Assembly: GCA_963663165.1 (NCBI GenBank)
Contig: OY760175.1
Span: forward strand, 3,360,001-3,424,000
DNA from: an uncultured Desulfospira sp.
Lineage (GTDB): Bacteria; Desulfobacterota; Desulfobacteria; Desulfobacterales; Desulfobacteraceae
Length of the DNA: 64,000 nt
Direction of reading: 5' to 3'
The notes below the pieces were generated by a model. That model was not told the DNA's origin and searched no databases. It worked only from the letters and a program-made list of their open reading frames with translations. The position numbers were made by a program, and so were the translations under genes. Positions 54,810 through 64,000 of the stretch are shown here, piece by piece (the first letter of the stretch is position 1; each line of letters begins with the position of its first letter).

Positions 54810-56141
54810 TCACCCCATGTGCGGATACTTTTTAAGCTGGCTGAACGTAAAAAAACAGCCGGTCAAGCCGGCGATCAGATAGGAAAAGGCCAGGGCAGCA
54901 AAAATACCTGCCGGGCCCATATATGGTGATGAGATCCAGGCAACGGGAAAATAAAGAATAAATACCTGGGCCAGAATAAGGCCGGTTGAGTGGACCGGTC
55001 TTTTTAACACGTTAAGGGTGGCACAGGCCAGCTGCATCATCCCCAGAAACCCCAAAGCCGGAGGAATGACCCAAAGGTAAACCAGGGCGACTCCGGCCAC
55101 GTCAGGATCCGTGCTGTAACAATGAACAACAGGCTTTGCCGCCGCTAAAATAAGTATGTAAACGGCCGCACCGTACATCAAAGAAAATTTGTTGGCGGCC
55201 TTAATCCCGCAAAGAACCCGGCCGCTATGACCGGCCCCAAGGTTTTGTCCCACGAAAATGGGAACAGCTGCCACCAGTGCATTAACCGCCAGCATGGCAA
55301 ACAGTTCAATCCTTACCGCAATGCCCAACCCGGCCACGGCATGGCTGCCGTGGGCTGCAACCATGACCGTGACCAGGCCCGAGGCAATGGGAAGGATGAG
55401 CCGGCTCAGTATGCTGGGCAGCCCCACAACCATGATCTCCTTTAAGCTGCCGGCCACAGCTGATATGGGTTCGGGCCGGAAACGCAGCACCCCGTGTTTC
55501 ACTGTTAAAAGACAGAGTACCGCCAAAAAAGATGCCCCCCGGGCAATTACCGTGGCCAGGGCCGCCCCGGCCACCCCCATCCCCTTTACGGAACCCATAC
55601 CGAATATCAGCACCGGGTCCAGAATTGTGTTCATGAGAATACTGATCAAGACAATCCTTGACGTGGTTCGGGTATCCCCCATGCCTTGGATCACCGCCAT
55701 GCCGGCCATGGGAACCACCATGAAAATCACCCCGGGATACCAGATCTGCATGTATGCCCTGATGGCTTCAAGTGTACAGCCCGAAGCCCCGAGAAAAGAA
55801 AATAACGGCGTTATGGTGATGTACCCCGCGATTGCGAAAAAACCCACTAGTACAAGGGCCAGAACCAGGCCCCATGTGGCGGTCCGGGAAAGCTTCGGGA
55901 AATCATCTTCCCCTGCGGCCCTGGATATGGCCGCAGCAATACCTGCCCCCAGGCCGTGGGCCAGACTGCCCATGACCATGACCAGAGGAAAGGAAAACGA
56001 CAGGGCAGCCAATTCAACGCTGCCCAGCTGCCCCACAAAATAGGTGTCAATGAGGTTGAACAGGACAAGGCCCAGCATACTCACGGCCATGGGACCTGCC
56101 AGACGCGCCAGAACCAAGCTTTCCCGTTCAGTGGTGATCAT
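54810..56141 (-). CDS. MATE efflux transporter
   Basis: D.YFVGQLG, GDT.T, N.ILDP..IFG, GV.GAALAT, GQNLGAG. Confidence 0.92.
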   Translation of the reverse strand: MITTERESLVLARLAGPMAVSMLGLVLFNLIDTYFVGQLGSVELAALSFSFPLVMVMGSLAHGLGAGIAAAISRAAGEDDFPKLSRTATWGLVLALVLVGFFAIAGYITITPLFSFLGASGCTLEAIRAYMQIWYPGVIFMVVPMAGMAVIQGMGDTRTTSRIVLISILMNTILDPVLIFGMGSVKGMGVAGAALATVIARGASFLAVLCLLTVKHGVLRFRPEPISAVAGSLKEIMVVGLPSILSRLILPIASGLVTVMVAAHGSHAVAGLGIAVRIELFAMLAVNALVAAVPIFVGQNLGAGHSGRVLCGIKAANKFSLMYGAAVYILILAAAKPVVHCYSTDPDVAGVALVYLWVIPPALGFLGMMQLACATLNVLKRPVHSTGLILAQVFILYFPVAWISSPYMGPAGIFAALAFSYLIAGLTGCFFTFSQLKKYPHMG

Positions 56142-56177
56142 TTTATAAAAGATTGCCCCCGGCGGCCGCCTCCCCTG

Positions 56178-56675
56178 TTAACCCGAATTTTTCAGCGCCT
56201 TGATCAACCGGTCCGTGTTCCTTTGGCAAAGGAAAATGGTTAAGCCCAGCATGCAAAAGGCGGCGCAGGTGCAAATGACCCAGGGCAGGTTTAACTGCTG
56301 ACGCTTTGGGGCGGCCTTTGGGGCTTTGGCGGTATCGGTCTTCCCGGCTTTAACAGTAAATCCTTGTGGAGGGGCCACCCCTTCTTTCATTGCCTGATGA
56401 CCGGGGCCTCCGTCCAGAATGATCCGGTAAGGCTGATTGGGGATGTCAACCGTAAGCTCGCTTTCCATGGGCAGCCGCTTTTCAAAGATAATCTCGCTGC
56501 TGCCAAGGGTTTCCAGCCGGACCACGGCCCCGGTGGCCAGGGCTCCGGTGTCAAATTTACCCTGAACGGTAATGGTGCCGTCCTCATTGTCCAGCACATG
56601 GAGAAGCAGTGAATGGGCATTGGCACAATTTACCGAAAACAACAAAAACATCATTCCTAAGCATATGGATTTCAT
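56178..56675 (-). CDS. Exported protein with a C-terminal membrane anchor (iron-uptake locus)
   Basis: Signal peptide ending ANA-H, DNEDGT, DGGPGH, C-terminal TM segment. Confidence 0.7.
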   Translation of the reverse strand: MKSICLGMMFLLFSVNCANAHSLLLHVLDNEDGTITVQGKFDTGALATGAVVRLETLGSSEIIFEKRLPMESELTVDIPNQPYRIILDGGPGHQAMKEGVAPPQGFTVKAGKTDTAKAPKAAPKRQQLNLPWVICTCAAFCMLGLTIFLCQRNTDRLIKALKNSG

Positions 56676-58249
56676 TATAATATCTCCTTAAACCCCCTGG
56701 TCAAGCCGCCGGTTTCTGCCGCTCCGGCGTTTGGCAGTTTCCAGGCAAGCACCAGAAACACCATACCGGCCAGTGCAAAGCCCAGATCCACACATAAAAT
56801 ATTCAGCATCCGGTCCTGGATCATCCCCATTGGGCCGGTGCCGGTCCGGACAAAATGAAGCAGGGGGGCCAAAAGAAACAGGAGACCGCCGGTTATGAGA
56901 AACTCCTTTGCCGCCTGCAATGTGCTGACCCGATAAAAAGACCAGGCAAGGCTGCCCAGCCAGGCGTTAAAGAACAGTCCCTGCTGCCAGGTCAGCCGGA
57001 AGGCCATGTCAAAGGGCAGGACCCATTGAAGGTTAAGAAAAAGTCCGGTGGCCGGGATCACACCCACCATGACCGTAAGGGACAGCTTGTCCATCCAGTG
57101 GTAAAAGGGAATGCGGTCTTCAAATCGTCTGGCTCTTTTTTTCAGGGAAAGCATAACGCCAAACCCCAGGGCAAGGCCCGTTCCCAGCATAAACCCAAAC
57201 ACCAGCAGCCGGGTTGCGATGCCGACTCCGAAAAGCAGGTGCAGAAAATAAACCGCTTCGGTTAAAAGGACTCCCCACGGCCGGTCTTCCACCCGGTTTT
57301 GGGAAATCAGGCTGCCGTCGGTTCCTTTAAGGGCCACCGCCGGTTTGTTGGTGACCCCGTTTAGAAAAGGCCTGAAGGGATTGTACCCTTCCAGCCGGAT
57401 GACGGCGCTTTTGTCCCCCCAGTTTTCCAGGATAAGCCGCTGAAAGCGAATTTGGGGGTTGACCTGCCGGGCTTTTTCAATAAGGGCGGTTAATTTATTC
57501 ATGGGCACGGGCTGATTCAGGGCCTTTACCGGTGCTGGTTCGGGAAACAGAACCGGTCCGATGACCGGCCGGATATTGGCAGTCTTGCCCTTGGTGAGGA
57601 CATAGGTCATGGGACCGGTGCCGTCAAAGCTGATCCCCATGACAGACCCGCATAATACCACCAGGAAAAAAGGCAGAAAAGTCCAGAGAAACAAGCGGCG
57701 GTGCCATTTTGAATACACCGTCTGCGCGGACCTGCCCTTATTTTTATATGTAAACAGGGCAATCAAAAACAGCCCGCCCCCGATCAGAAACATAACCCCC
57801 GGTGTCATCAGCCCAAAAAGAACAAGCCCGGTCTTTTTCAAAGGCCTGGCATAGTGCATGCCGTTCAGAAACATGGCCAGATGGGTGGCCGGTCCCTCAT
57901 CTTGTATCTGCTGTCCGGTGTTGGGGTTGAACACGGTTTCCCGGGTAAACAGGTGGGAGATCCTCAATGCCGGGTCTTTTTTATATCCCGGAAGGCTGAT
58001 AAAGATTCTGTCCCTGGGAAAATCGGGGTCTGAAAGGACTTGTTCGAGCATGGACTCATAGTCTATGTCCGGGATATCCGCCTGGCGGAAATGGCGGGAG
58101 GGTTTTTCCCACGCGTTAAGGTAGGGCATGAAAATGGCAAAGAGGCCGAAAAAAACCGATGTATACATAAAAAGGCTTAACAGAATGCCCAGAAAAACAT
58201 GGCCCCGGTATAATTGTTGTCTGAATTGTCTGGAGGTTGCGATTTTCAT
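56675..58249 (-). CDS. PepSY-associated TM-helix protein (FoxB-like iron-regulated membrane protein)
   Basis: Conserved His pattern H..LG, FL..MH, WH and LH in a multi-TM protein. Confidence 0.82.
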   Translation of the reverse strand: MKIATSRQFRQQLYRGHVFLGILLSLFMYTSVFFGLFAIFMPYLNAWEKPSRHFRQADIPDIDYESMLEQVLSDPDFPRDRIFISLPGYKKDPALRISHLFTRETVFNPNTGQQIQDEGPATHLAMFLNGMHYARPLKKTGLVLFGLMTPGVMFLIGGGLFLIALFTYKNKGRSAQTVYSKWHRRLFLWTFLPFFLVVLCGSVMGISFDGTGPMTYVLTKGKTANIRPVIGPVLFPEPAPVKALNQPVPMNKLTALIEKARQVNPQIRFQRLILENWGDKSAVIRLEGYNPFRPFLNGVTNKPAVALKGTDGSLISQNRVEDRPWGVLLTEAVYFLHLLFGVGIATRLLVFGFMLGTGLALGFGVMLSLKKRARRFEDRIPFYHWMDKLSLTVMVGVIPATGLFLNLQWVLPFDMAFRLTWQQGLFFNAWLGSLAWSFYRVSTLQAAKEFLITGGLLFLLAPLLHFVRTGTGPMGMIQDRMLNILCVDLGFALAGMVFLVLAWKLPNAGAAETGGLTRGFKEIL

Positions 58250-58259
58250 GGATCGGGCC

Positions 58260-58580
58260 TTACCGTTGAAGTAAAAAGATTGCGGCTGAAAACAGCAGGG
58301 TCGAAACCAGGGCCCTTAGAAAGGCTGCCCGGCGTGTGGGGGACACGGAAACCCACAAGGCGGCCATGGACCAGGCAAGCGGGGTAAATAAAAAAGGAAC
58401 AATAAGGGATTCTTCCATTTTCCAGGGAAGAAGCTGTGCAAAAAGGGCCATGCCCGAATAGGCTGCCAAAAGCCCCCCGATTCCGGCGCAAAGCGCTTTA
58501 AACCAACCGATTCTGTTGCCGGGCCGCCTGGGGGCGGGGTTGAATTTATGGGATGTAATGGTCATGGACACCTGTATCAA
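58260..58580 (-). CDS. Small 3-TM protein accompanying the PepSY gene (DUF3649-like)
   Basis: A.IGG...AY hydrophobic pattern; start may be ATG 58565. Confidence 0.6.
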   Translation of the reverse strand: MIQVSMTITSHKFNPAPRRPGNRIGWFKALCAGIGGLLAAYSGMALFAQLLPWKMEESLIVPFLFTPLAWSMAALWVSVSPTRRAAFLRALVSTLLFSAAIFLLQR

Positions 58581-58599
58581 GCTCTGGCTGTTAAGCGTG

Positions 58600-58634
58600 G
58601 GCTAATGGCTAATGGCTAATGGCCAATGGCTAAC
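58600..58634. repeat. Heptamer tandem repeat (GGCTAAT)x5
   Basis: ggctaat ggctaat ggctaat ggccaat ggctaac. Confidence 0.8.
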
Positions 58635-58679
58635 AATACCACGGCCGCATAAACCCCGCTAACGGTGACCTGTTTTTTT

Positions 58680-59636
58680 TTAGCGGAAATTGGCATCTTC
58701 CTGACAGGTTCTGGCTATCTGGCCGGGAAGATGCCCGGTAAACGCTTTGAATACTTTTGAAAAATGGCTGAGACTGGAATACCCGACCAGGCCGGCCGCC
58801 TGGGTAACGTTCATTTTTCCACGGCGCAAAAGCTGTTCGGCTTTTTCCATGCGCTTGTGCCTTAAATAATCAAACGGCGTTTTGCCGTATACCTTTCTAA
58901 AACACTTGTGCAGCTTGCTTTGGCAGATGCCGGCCTGGCGGGCCAGCCGGGACAGATCCGGCGGGTTTTCCAAGTCCTGAACCAGCAATTGGGCCGCATA
59001 CCGGGTCCGGTCAAGGTCTTCATCCTTTAAGCGGTCATGGCCCGGGGCGGTTGCCGATTCCAGGGGCTCAAGCTTAAGGGCCATCAGTTCAAGGACCTTG
59101 CCTTTCAGGAACAGCTCACGGGCCATTCCCTGTAAAGGGCAGTCAATGATCTGTAAAACCGCACTGTGCATGGCAGGGGTCAGGGGGGTAAATCTTCTGC
59201 CCTGGAAAGAAAACAGCTTCTCAATAACCGGGGGAAAGGTGTTTTCTTCATTTTTAAAAATTGGGTCACACGCCCGGGGTTCCAGCATGATGTTGAGCCG
59301 GACCACCCGGTCCGTGCCCACAACCTCCTCCATACTCCCGGTACCCAGGTTGAACACAGCACTCTTTCCGGCCTGGATGGTATCGGGTTTGGCAAACCCT
59401 TCAGGCCGGCTGTCAATCCGGCCGGACAGGCAGAATCCAAATCCCAGGGACGCCGGGAAGGCGTTATAGGCCATAAGTGTTGTGGTGTTAAGGGTATAGT
59501 CGGATATGGAAAGGCGGATGCCGGACCCAAGCTCCAACATCCGGACATACCCTGTGCCCACATCCCGGGGCAGGGGAATGGTTGCCATACGGGCAGTGTC
59601 CATGGCAGGCGCGGGTGAAATATGCAACGTTTGCAT
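58680..59636 (-). CDS. AraC-family regulator (PchR/YbtA-like)
   Basis: L.GK.LEL, L.NPP.L..LA, FR.VYG.T.F.YL...RM..A, VGYS..SHFS..FK. Confidence 0.92.
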   Translation of the reverse strand: MQTLHISPAPAMDTARMATIPLPRDVGTGYVRMLELGSGIRLSISDYTLNTTTLMAYNAFPASLGFGFCLSGRIDSRPEGFAKPDTIQAGKSAVFNLGTGSMEEVVGTDRVVRLNIMLEPRACDPIFKNEENTFPPVIEKLFSFQGRRFTPLTPAMHSAVLQIIDCPLQGMARELFLKGKVLELMALKLEPLESATAPGHDRLKDEDLDRTRYAAQLLVQDLENPPDLSRLARQAGICQSKLHKCFRKVYGKTPFDYLRHKRMEKAEQLLRRGKMNVTQAAGLVGYSSLSHFSKVFKAFTGHLPGQIARTCQEDANFR

Positions 59637-59750
59637 GTTTATAAAAGACCCCTTCTCATATAAAGTCGTTTAGGCTAAAAATATTTTAGATATCTAACAA
59701 AATATTTAATAAAACTCAATATTGGATTCACCCGAAATCACATAGCCCAC

Positions 59751-59816
59751 AAAAATTGCCCGGGGCCGGGCAAATAAAAACCGGCAGCCAGGGGAGGGGC
59801 GGCCCCCGGCTGCCGG
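59751..59816 (-). terminator. Two tandem intrinsic terminators after the TonB receptor gene
   Basis: On the minus strand: ccggcagcc..ggctgccgg + T5 (59776-59816) and ttgcccgg/ccgggcaa + T5 (59751-59775). Confidence 0.7.
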
Positions 59817-59858
59817 CACCTTGAAAACGGCGGCTTAAAAAGTCATGAAATTTCCGGG

Positions 59859-62006
59859 CTAAAACCGGATCTCAATGGATGCGCCCACCATCCGGGGCGC
59901 CAAGGTCATGGGCGCCTCCAGGTCATGGTCGGTGATCAGGATGGTATCGTCATTGTCAAAAAGATTCCGGGCAAACACAGCGGCCCGGCCCCATGAAAAA
60001 TTGTAGGCCAGTTGAAGGTTGGCCACCCAGTAGGATGAAATCTTTTCATCAGCAGCGTTGTCATAATAAGAGTAATATTTGTCCGTGTAGGTCATATTGC
60101 CGCCAATTTCAAACCCGCCGGAAAAATTGTACACCACCCCGACATTGGCCGAAAAAGAGGGTGACCGGGGCAAGTCATTGCCTTCATAACTGGTTTGGGA
60201 AAATTCCTTGATCTGAGTTTTAAGCAGTCCGGCACCGCCAAAGACCTCCAGACCCGGCATGGCCAGGCAGCGCAGCCCAATGTCAGCACCATAGGTTCGG
60301 GCCTTATCCGCATTGATGATGGTAACGGCGTTGGCGCTCAGATAATAGGGAAGCTGCATATCTTCATAATCGTTGTAAAATACGTTGGCGGTCAGTTCAA
60401 GCCGGCCGTCCGCCAGCCGGTGGCGGCTGTATAGCTCATAGCTCCATACAAATTCTTCGTCATAGGCAAAGCTTGTCCAGGGATTGTCAAAGGTAATGCC
60501 CGCGCCGCCGGCCCGGTACCCCCGGGAAACTTTGGCCCCCAGGGTGTGATTTTCCCTTAGTTTCCAGGCCAGGTCCATCTTGGGCAGGAACACCGAGTAG
60601 GTTTCGTCAAAATCCACATTCACATTGTAGACCGTGCCTCTGACCTCCAGCCCTTCTCCCCCGCCTTTCCGGGTTCTTTTTTCATGTTCGTAACGGCCGC
60701 CAACGGTCAGGTTCAGTTGGGGCATGATCCCGTAAGTGATCTCGCCGAACAGGGACCCGGTTTTTGTCTCATCCGTGAACCGGCTGCCGCCGTAGATATT
60801 GACAAATTCATCCTGATCCGAGTAAAAGTAGCGGCCGCCCACAAGGCCGTGGGTTCTGTCCTTGCTCTCCCCAAAGTGTAAAACAGGCTCCACCTGGAAT
60901 TCATCCCCGTCAACAGTGGCGTAGGAATCACTGGGGGCGGTTATGCGTTTATGGGCAAAATCCGTGTATATGAGCTTGTTTTCGAATGTATAAAAATCAT
61001 GAAACGCCCACTCAATATCCCAGATGGCCGAGGTTGACTCGGTCTCCCAAACCGGCCGGGAGCTGCTGAATTTTGACCCTGTACTTTCCGGCGGCTGGAT
61101 CACTTCGCTCTGGGGTATACGGGTGTCCATGTGATTGACGGACAGACGGCTTAAAAACCCGGGCATACCGGCAGGCGTATACAACAGCTTTGCTCTGGCT
61201 GTAACGGCCTCTATTTCACCCGGGTCTCCGGCAGGATCATAAGATTCAAGGTCTTCGAAACTGTCCCTTACCTGGCGGTCAATACTCACCCGCAAGGCCA
61301 GTTCATTTTGGATAAGAGGGCCCGTGACCATGGCCGCTGTCTGAAAATAGTCATACTCGGCGACTCCGGCCTTTACAGCGCCGCCCCAGTCAAATTCCGG
61401 GTCGTTGGACGTGAGCAGCACAGAGCCGGCAATGGCGTTACGGCCCTGAAGATAGCTCTGGGGGCCTAGAAACACCTCCACCTGGTCCACATCCCACAGG
61501 GACATGGGGCCAAAAGCCAGTTCATTATAAGGAAGGGACCTTCCGTCAAGGGATACATTGAGCCGCGGACGGGTCCCGGTTAAAAAAGCCACTGCCCCGC
61601 GCCCCGGCCCGGAACCGTCCGTCCCCCGCACGGTGGGCAGATCATTGCCGTTCCCCACATCCACAATATTCGGGGTTATTTTTAACAGGTCCGAAATCTG
61701 GGTCGTGCCGGGTAAGGAGCCAATGAGATCCTCATCATAAATTTTCACACTGGAACTGCTCTCGTAAGAGGTTCGATGGGTTTTCTCCCCGGTGACCACC
61801 AAGGTTTCAAGGGTGGCCGGGGCATCTGATTTACCGGCTTTTTTTTCCGTATTTTCCCGGGGTTCCAGAGGCTGGCCGCTTTGGGATGTGTTCCAGGCCA
61901 TGGCCGGCCCGGTCAAAATAAGGACCGTCCCGGCGACCGCTATTCCTGTTTTTAAAAACCGCCACCACCGGCCATCCTTTGCTATTTTCTCTATTTTCAT
62001 TTTCAT
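59859..62006 (-). CDS. TonB-dependent siderophore receptor
   Basis: TonB box ETLVVTG, plug RG.DGSGP...VEV.LGPQS.LQGRNA.AG, C-terminal Phe; RBS GGAG before MKMK. Confidence 0.92.
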   Translation of the reverse strand: MKMKIEKIAKDGRWWRFLKTGIAVAGTVLILTGPAMAWNTSQSGQPLEPRENTEKKAGKSDAPATLETLVVTGEKTHRTSYESSSSVKIYDEDLIGSLPGTTQISDLLKITPNIVDVGNGNDLPTVRGTDGSGPGRGAVAFLTGTRPRLNVSLDGRSLPYNELAFGPMSLWDVDQVEVFLGPQSYLQGRNAIAGSVLLTSNDPEFDWGGAVKAGVAEYDYFQTAAMVTGPLIQNELALRVSIDRQVRDSFEDLESYDPAGDPGEIEAVTARAKLLYTPAGMPGFLSRLSVNHMDTRIPQSEVIQPPESTGSKFSSSRPVWETESTSAIWDIEWAFHDFYTFENKLIYTDFAHKRITAPSDSYATVDGDEFQVEPVLHFGESKDRTHGLVGGRYFYSDQDEFVNIYGGSRFTDETKTGSLFGEITYGIMPQLNLTVGGRYEHEKRTRKGGGEGLEVRGTVYNVNVDFDETYSVFLPKMDLAWKLRENHTLGAKVSRGYRAGGAGITFDNPWTSFAYDEEFVWSYELYSRHRLADGRLELTANVFYNDYEDMQLPYYLSANAVTIINADKARTYGADIGLRCLAMPGLEVFGGAGLLKTQIKEFSQTSYEGNDLPRSPSFSANVGVVYNFSGGFEIGGNMTYTDKYYSYYDNAADEKISSYWVANLQLAYNFSWGRAAVFARNLFDNDDTILITDHDLEAPMTLAPRMVGASIEIRF

Positions 62007-62237
62007 CCTTCTCCCTTCCTTTATCCTATCAGGCGAATTAATGGCATGCCTAATGGAATTGTTTAAATTAAAAAAATTAGCTTTGAATAACATAGCCAGA
62101 GCGTGTTGACTAACGGTTGCTTCTCTTTTTTTAGCGGTATTTGAATTTTCGTTAAAATTGAAAGGGAATCGATTTAATCCGGGAGGATTAGAAGGAAAGG
62201 AAATATGGGTTAACGCGGTTTTTTCACGGCTATGGGG

Positions 62238-63017
62238 TTAAAGCCTGATCATCCGGCCCGGTTCATGGGGCATGGCAACACAGAGCGACGGTTTTAATCC
62301 GTTCAGCCCCTTGGAGACTTCTTGAAGGGCCCGGCCGGGATGGTTGTTCTCTTCGCTTAGGTGGGCCAGGATGATGTGGTGAAGATCCGGGTGAAGAAGC
62401 TCTGATACCAGGTTTTTGGCATCGGCGTTGGAGAGGTGGCCGCATCTGGATTTGATCCGCTGCTTTAAGTGCCAGGGATAGGGGCCGTTGATGAGCATGT
62501 CCGGATCATGGTTGGATTCAAGGTAGAGGGCGTGGCAGTTTTTTAAGTGTTCTTTGACCAGGGTGGTGGCAATGCCAAGGTCCGTGGCAACCCCAATTTT
62601 TTTTTCTTTAAAGCCCAGGGTCATTCCAACGGGATCAGCGGCGTCATGGGAAATGGAAAAGGGATTGATCCTTATGGATCCCACATCAAATGGGGTGCCG
62701 CATTCAAAATGGGTTAACCGGTCTATTTTCCCTAAGCCCTGGCAGGCGGAAAATGTCCTGGGGGTCACATAAACCGGAACCTTGAAGCGCCGGCTCAGGA
62801 TGCCGGCACCCCGAATATGGTCTGAGTGTTCGTGGGTGATGATAATGGCAGACAGGGTCTCGGGAGCTTGCCCGATAACGGCCATTCGCCGCTCGATTTC
62901 CTTTCCGGACAGGCCCGCATCCACCAGCAGGGCCGTGTCCGGTGTGGAAATAAAAAGGCTGTTCCCCCTGGACCCGGAGGCCAGGGGGCAGATGCAAAAA
63001 GGGTTATTCGGTTTCAT
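62238..63017 (-). CDS. MBL-fold metallohydrolase (YycJ/WalJ-like)
   Basis: LASGS.GN, THEH.DH, SHDA.DP, TDLG, ESNHD, GHLSN, HLS.ENN. Confidence 0.92.
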   Translation of the reverse strand: MKPNNPFCICPLASGSRGNSLFISTPDTALLVDAGLSGKEIERRMAVIGQAPETLSAIIITHEHSDHIRGAGILSRRFKVPVYVTPRTFSACQGLGKIDRLTHFECGTPFDVGSIRINPFSISHDAADPVGMTLGFKEKKIGVATDLGIATTLVKEHLKNCHALYLESNHDPDMLINGPYPWHLKQRIKSRCGHLSNADAKNLVSELLHPDLHHIILAHLSEENNHPGRALQEVSKGLNGLKPSLCVAMPHEPGRMIRL

Positions 63018-64000
63018 CCTGGGCGGCGTTTTCCTCTTCCTGGGCTGCTTTATAGCTCAGTTTGATTTTGCCGTCCCGGGTAATATCCAGGACCTTGACG
63101 CGAATCACGTCTCCCTCCTTGACCACATCGGTTACCTTTTTGACGCGGTAGTTGGCCAGTTCCGAAATATGGACCAGGCCGTCTGTGCCGGACTTGATGT
63201 TGACAAAGGCGCCAAAGTCCATGATCTTGACCACGGTTCCCTGATAAATGGCGCCGATTTCAGGATCCAGGGCAATGTCAGAGACCATGGCTTTGGCCCG
63301 GTCTGCATCTTCCTGGTTCTCCGCCGCAATCTTGACCAGCCCGGAATCGTCCACTTCAATGACCGTATTGGTCTCGGCCTGAAGGGCACGGATGATCTTG
63401 CCGCCAGGGCCGATGATATCTCTGATCTTGTCCGGATTAATGGTGATGGAGATAATCTTGGGCGCATGGGGAGAAATTTCATCCCTTGATTTATCAATGG
63501 TCTCCAGCATTTTGTTCAGAATATGAAGCCGGCCTTTGTTGGCCTGGGCCAGAGCGGTCTCCATGATCTCCTTGGACAGCTCTTTGATTTTAATGTCCAT
63601 CTGAAGGGCGGTGATGCCCTCTTTGGTTCCGGCCACCTTAAAGTCCATGTCGCCGAAATGGTCTTCATCCCCGAGGATATCCGACAGGACCACGGTTTTT
63701 CCATCTCCTGAGACCAGGCCCATGGCAATGCCCGACACCGGGGCCTTGATGGGCACGCCGCCGTCCATAAGGGCCAGGACACCCGAGCATACCGTTCCCA
63801 TGGAGGAACTGCCGTTGGATTCCAGGACCTCTCCCACCAGCCGGATGGTATATTCAAAATCTTCCTTGTCCGGGATGATGGGGGTAATGGCCCGGTGGGC
63901 CAGATTGCCGTGGCCGATATCCCGGCGGCTGGGGCCGCCCGGCCGTTTGACTTCCCCAACAGAAAAGGGAGGGAAATTATAGTGAAGCATAAAACTTCGG
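63004..64000 (-). CDS. pnp: Polyribonucleotide nucleotidyltransferase, 3' part (5' end off window)
   Basis: [30 protein letters not shown] (IIGPGGK) and S1 domains. Confidence 0.97.
   Translation of the reverse strand, partial: RSFMLHYNFPPFSVGEVKRPGGPSRRDIGHGNLAHRAITPIIPDKEDFEYTIRLVGEVLESNGSSSMGTVCSGVLALMDGGVPIKAPVSGIAMGLVSGDGKTVVLSDILGDEDHFGDMDFKVAGTKEGITALQMDIKIKELSKEIMETALAQANKGRLHILNKMLETIDKSRDEISPHAPKIISITINPDKIRDIIGPGGKIIRALQAETNTVIEVDDSGLVKIAAENQEDADRAKAMVSDIALDPEIGAIYQGTVVKIMDFGAFVNIKSGTDGLVHISELANYRVKKVTDVVKEGDVIRVKVLDITRDGKIKLSYKAAQEEENAAQDETE

Noticed and set aside
59660..59715. Possible Fur/DtxR iron box upstream of the AraC gene
   Set aside because: AT-rich with weak palindromes only; cannot be distinguished from background by eye.
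1..64000. CRISPR array
   Set aside because: Repeats are either dispersed single copies or 7-9-bp tandem units without unique spacers, and no cas genes are present.
1..64000. rRNA, tRNA or intact transposase/integrase genes
   Set aside because: No recognisable motifs found by eye; intergenic gaps are accounted for by repeats or promoters. tRNAscan/Infernal were not run.
1..64000. Selenocysteine read-through at TGA stops
   Set aside because: TGA-terminated genes end where their families normally end, and no in-frame continuation with a Cys-equivalent position was seen.

Overview
A 64-kb chromosomal window, probably from a sulfate-reducing Desulfobacteraceae-type deltaproteobacterium (inferred from gene content, not verified). 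It starts in a Phd/VapC toxin-antitoxin pair and ends inside pnp. About 16 kb (5.2-20.9 kb) is a signalling island. It holds a sigma-54-driven receiver-kinase hybrid whose phospho-His appears replaced by Tyr, an NtrC-type activator, a broken EAL/HDOD gene hit by a small TIR element, and a second hybrid kinase. It also holds a complete stressosome operon (rsbR-S-T-X, hybrid kinase, HD-GYP regulator), headed by a 1198-aa membrane sensor with a FixL-like haem PAS domain but no catalytic output domain. The rest is metabolic and transport genes: two TAXI-TRAP systems, a CoA-transferase with IclR, MoxR/VWA, an Fe-S/LuxR fusion with DUF3786, BKACE/RpiR/aminotransferase, ppk1, a DUF1611-epimerase operon, an orphan DUF4157/T6SS-adaptor-like pair, TetR with a sulfotransferase, and a TonB/AraC/PepSY iron-uptake locus. 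The intergenic DNA is rich in structured repeats: two dispersed hairpin families (3 and 6 copies) and several 7-9-bp tandem-repeat tracts, two of them palindromic. No rRNA, tRNA, CRISPR array or intact transposase was seen. All family assignments come from motif recognition by eye; no searches were run.
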